DNA from: Lepidodermella squamata
Lineage: Eukaryota; Animalia; Gastrotricha
Assembly (NCBI GenBank): GCA_047495785.1
Contig: JBLDXI010000031.1
Span: forward strand, 1,674,001-1,738,000
Direction of reading: 5' to 3'
Length of the DNA: 64,000 nucleotides
How positions within the stretch are numbered: the stretch's first letter is position 1; each line of letters starts with the position of its first letter. Under the pieces are notes generated by a model that did no database searches, was not told the DNA's origin, and worked only from the letters and a program-made list of their open reading frames with translations. Of the stretch, positions 56,333-64,000 are shown piece by piece. Made by a program: the position numbers and the translations under genes.

Positions 56333-57627
56333 TTATTTAGGCGCCGGGTAGCCGGGGTATGCCGGATATCCCGGGTAGGCTTGTGGCTGGGCTGGATAAG
56401 CCGGATAGGCGGCGGGTTGTGCAGGCGGGTAACCAGGGTAGGATGGGTAGGCACCCGACGCTACAGCAGGCACCGGCTGTGGAGCAGCTTGCTGCTTAGG
56501 CGCCTCCGCGCTCGACGACTTCTTCTTCGAACAGCTGCACAGCTTGACGAAAAGGCCGCAGATGATGATCAAGAAAACAGCAGTCAGCACGGACGCAGTG
56601 ATAAGAATTGGCGTGGTGTAAGTATCCGCCACCTTGTAGATAACTTCTCGGCAGTTGCGGAAGACGTGAACCTGCACGGCGGTGGGCGCGTCTGTGTAGC
56701 AAGTAGGTGCGTTAATGTTGAGAGGGGTCGGGAAGGAGTCGACGCCCAGAGTCAAGTCTTGGTACAGTGGCGTCTCTTCAGGCAGCTTGGCGATTTCTTC
56801 CTTGGTTCGGCAGCAGGTCGGCGGAACTTGGATCTTCTGCGGCGCACCGCCTCCCCAAAGGGTCATATCGTAATTACCAGTCAACACGCTCTTGTAGTCA
56901 TTCACAGTTGTTACACCGCAGCAGTGGAAGTAGGATTGAACCGTGTCCATGAGCATGCCTTCCAGAGTGAAATCGTCCGATTTGCCCGTTGTTGGTCGGT
57001 AACCTTTCAGCAGCTCGTTGAGGGTGTACTTGACAACGTCAATTTCATCGGGCTTCTCCGGTAGAGCGAAGAAAACGATGACGAAGATGGAGATTCCGAG
57101 CATCACGAATCCCAGAATGATGTACTAGAGAAAAATAAACAAATAGGATAAGTCACCACTTCAAGAACTTCTAATCAGCTTAAAGAAACAACAATGTTCA
57201 TGACTGAGTCTAAGCTACTAAGATAGAGAATCTAGAGCTCACAAACAGAGAATCCCAAAGATAGCTCAATAAAAGAACAAGCTTTGTAGGAACTCACCAC
57301 AAATGCGGCAATCTTTTCGATCCACTTGATAGCCGATCCCAAGAAGGCCATCATCGAAAGAATGACCAAGAAGCCTCCGACCGACAGCATAACAATAGCC
57401 GGCGTATTGACGCTGATGTCTGTGCTGCCACTAGTCGCCTGCGGGATTCCATTGATGCCAATGGCGGTGAGGAACTGGTACAGCAGTGTGTTGATGGTGC
57501 AGTCGAACGAAACGATAAGCAGAGTGCCGCTGCATAGCAGTCCAATGCCGACGATCAGGAAAACGAAATTGATCAGGTAGTAGACAGTGTTGCCGATGCA
57601 GCTGAAAAAACCACCGATGCAGCCCAT
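56333..57627 (-). CDS. Tetraspanin. Exons: 57627-57298, 57124-56333
   Basis: Four hydrophobic helices, a large extracellular loop with QSYFHCCG and VPPTCC, and an in-phase intron. Confidence 0.9.
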
Positions 57628-57770
57628 TGTAAAGTTTTTTCTCTCTTAAAAAACTAAAATGCTATATAAAAAACGAATATAAATTACTTTGCCCTAATTC
57701 AATGTTGATGATTCCCTTGTGATACATTTAATGAAATTGCCTTTCTCGATAGCAAAAGAGGCATGCTCGG

Positions 57771-57780
57771 TTTTTATAAG
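57771..57780 (-). promoter_or_regulatory. Possible TATA box of the tetraspanin gene
   Basis: cttataaaaa on the minus strand about 150 nt upstream of the ATG. Confidence 0.3.
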
Positions 57781-59773
57781 CCTTATCGGTACGACAAAAT
57801 ACAAAGGGGCGTGCCTACTGCTATCTCTGTCTGTGGGGTCTGACGTTTAGTGTTGCCCCCCTTATCGGTGGAATACAGCCCCTATTGGCAGGTGCGGACT
57901 CGCTGCAATAAACTTGATGGTGATGAAAATTCCATTCGCGGAAAAACGGGCGACATTGTGAATAAGCATTAGGTTCGATGCCGCGCCCACTCGGCAGTTC
58001 CTCGTTAGGTACTCTAGCCACGCCTAGGTTCCCACAACGGAGCAAAACGCAAGATAACACGGAAAATGATGCGCTTTCTAGTGGAATCATCTTTTGGGTG
58101 GATGATGCTTTTGGGGCCCTGAATAGACTCGGTACAGCCCAGTCCGGCACCAAGATTGGCGAACTAAGGTGAACACGACTTCATATCTTTGTTGTATGGG
58201 TGGTCAATTCTCAGCTTAGAAGGGTTGCCATTTAGGTAGTCATAAGACTAATTTAAGACGCCATAGTCGGTACTTCCGAAAGACTCCGTCATGCTGGATC
58301 ACTTTTGGACCGACCAAAAATGGAGTAGATTAAGGCACTTGTGATAACAAATTCAGTGCTTCAACATACTAATTTTTTGCACAGATATTTTTTTGCAATA
58401 AATCGGTCACTGCGCCATTTGAAGTTTGAATCATGACCCGGCCGAAAAATGACTCATGATTCATATTCAGCAATTTATCATTTTGAGATTGAGGATTTCC
58501 TAGTCCTGGCGCAGCAAAAAAATCACTCTTTTTTGTTCGAATAATTAAGACAGATAAGGCACCGGTCCTGTCATTCTCGCTCCCAATTCGCGTCGTAGTC
58601 AAAGTTGTTAGATCCGACTAACAACCCACACACCCAAAATAATTAAACCAACCTCTGAGCCAACTTGAGAAAACTGAGAAATAAGGAATCTGCTTCCAAC
58701 GCTCAGATATTATCGAATTATGGATAATTTTTTGAGACCGGAACCTTTTATGAGCTGGGATCTACTAATTGTGAGAGTTCAGGGTTAAGCTCGAAAGTTG
58801 GATCGCTGAGGACTCCATTCTGCGCGAATCTTTTATTTTCGTCGTGGTTGAATTCGATCAGGATTGCGTACACAAATGAAGCTCGGCCGTTTCAGCATAG
58901 CACCTACGAAGTTGCTGAAACTGATTTTTCCGGTTCAAAAAACAAAGACACTCAGAGTGGACTATTCGTTTTTTATTACAAAAACTGATCGTTTTGTGTT
59001 TCTTTTTTTCCGATTGGCCGAGGCGCCGATACGTTGAACACCCAATATCGTCGCGCCGTCTCCGCGGCTTCAAAAATGCCAGTAATATTTTTTTTATAAA
59101 TATTAATCCTCTTTTTCATCTCAACAAATATAACAAATAAAACATTTCATTCATAGCCAGAATAAATAGCAAATAATAGTGATAATTTCTCGAAAATATG
59201 TAACAACATTCAGCAACACTGATCAAATAAAATAAGATGATTTTCTTTTCGACAGCGGAAATCAACCCGCATCCATCGCAGGTCAACAAAGCTCATCATG
59301 GAATATTAGTTTAAATAAAACATATTTTATACACTAAATAATAATGAAAATTACTTGTTTCCTTCGTTGAATAATAATAATGATAATTTTTAATTTTGAA
59401 CGAGATTTATCGAGAAAAGACATTGAGATGATGATATAAATATATGACTTCAGTTGCTGTTGTTTTTTCGTGTAAAATAACGTGGCACAAATCAGATCTC
59501 CTTCAGCTAGATAACCAACCATGAGACAAGAAATGATTTTCGATGATTTTAAACAAATGTGCGCCATCATCAACAATTAATTAACAGTCCGGCAGTATAT
59601 TTCAAGTGAAAACACCGATGAGCGAGCATCTAAATTTTGGTTCGATTTCGACTTTTTCGTTGTTTCGATTTAGTAGTCTTTTTTGGCAGATCGAGTTGTT
59701 TCAAAATATCGAAGGCAAAAAAAAATTAGTTTTTAAAAATATCGACGATTTGTTGTTCGTTTTTTGCTGCGTC

Positions 59774-63831
<4,058 letters not shown>

Positions 63832-64000
63832 CTGTTCAGAAAAAAATTCGATTTAACATATAGGTTAATCACGGTTTCTAATTTTTCGATTTCCAATTTC
63901 GAAGCTCAATTAAAAAGAAAATGGAGAAATTTCAAAATTGGTCAGAATGCCAAATTTTTCGAAGTTTGAAATTTTTATGATTTCAAGCCTACAAAAGCTT

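Overview
Eukaryotic window from a compact invertebrate genome, probably a spiralian or other protostome (inferred from gene content only). Many introns are 50-65 nt and the intergenic DNA is AT-rich. Genes in order: (1) the 3' part of a giant collagen gene, whose >12.5 kb exon is about 28 near-identical 432-bp repeats (about 1,390 uninterrupted Gly-X-Y triplets), followed by 8 small exons; (2) a divergent alpha-tubulin (-); (3) a transmembrane MACIT collagen (-); (4) FANCL (-), with a degenerate antisense gene and a MITE in its long intron; (5) a Cys-rich secreted or GPI-anchored protein ending only 142 nt upstream of FANCL on the same strand (possible operon or trans-splicing); (6) GTP cyclohydrolase I (+); (7) a divergent pair of identical initiator tRNA-Met genes; (8) an intronless stand-alone CASD1-type SGNH-domain gene (-); (9) a secreted 16xEGF gene (+) with a full-length Mutator (MULE) element in an intron; (10) a T-arm-less tRNAi-Met pseudogene; (11) a LamG-like GPI-anchored protein (-); (12) a tetraspanin with a Tyr/Pro-repeat tail (-); (13) the 3' part of PKC epsilon (-). 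Five MITE-like elements are also present. Best leads: the giant Pro-poor tandem-repeat collagen, the candidate operon/trans-splicing architecture, the split CASD1 catalytic domain, and an alpha-tubulin that appears to lack the MREC start, K40 and a Glu-rich tail. Exon boundaries were read by eye and family calls come from remembered motifs, not from searches.
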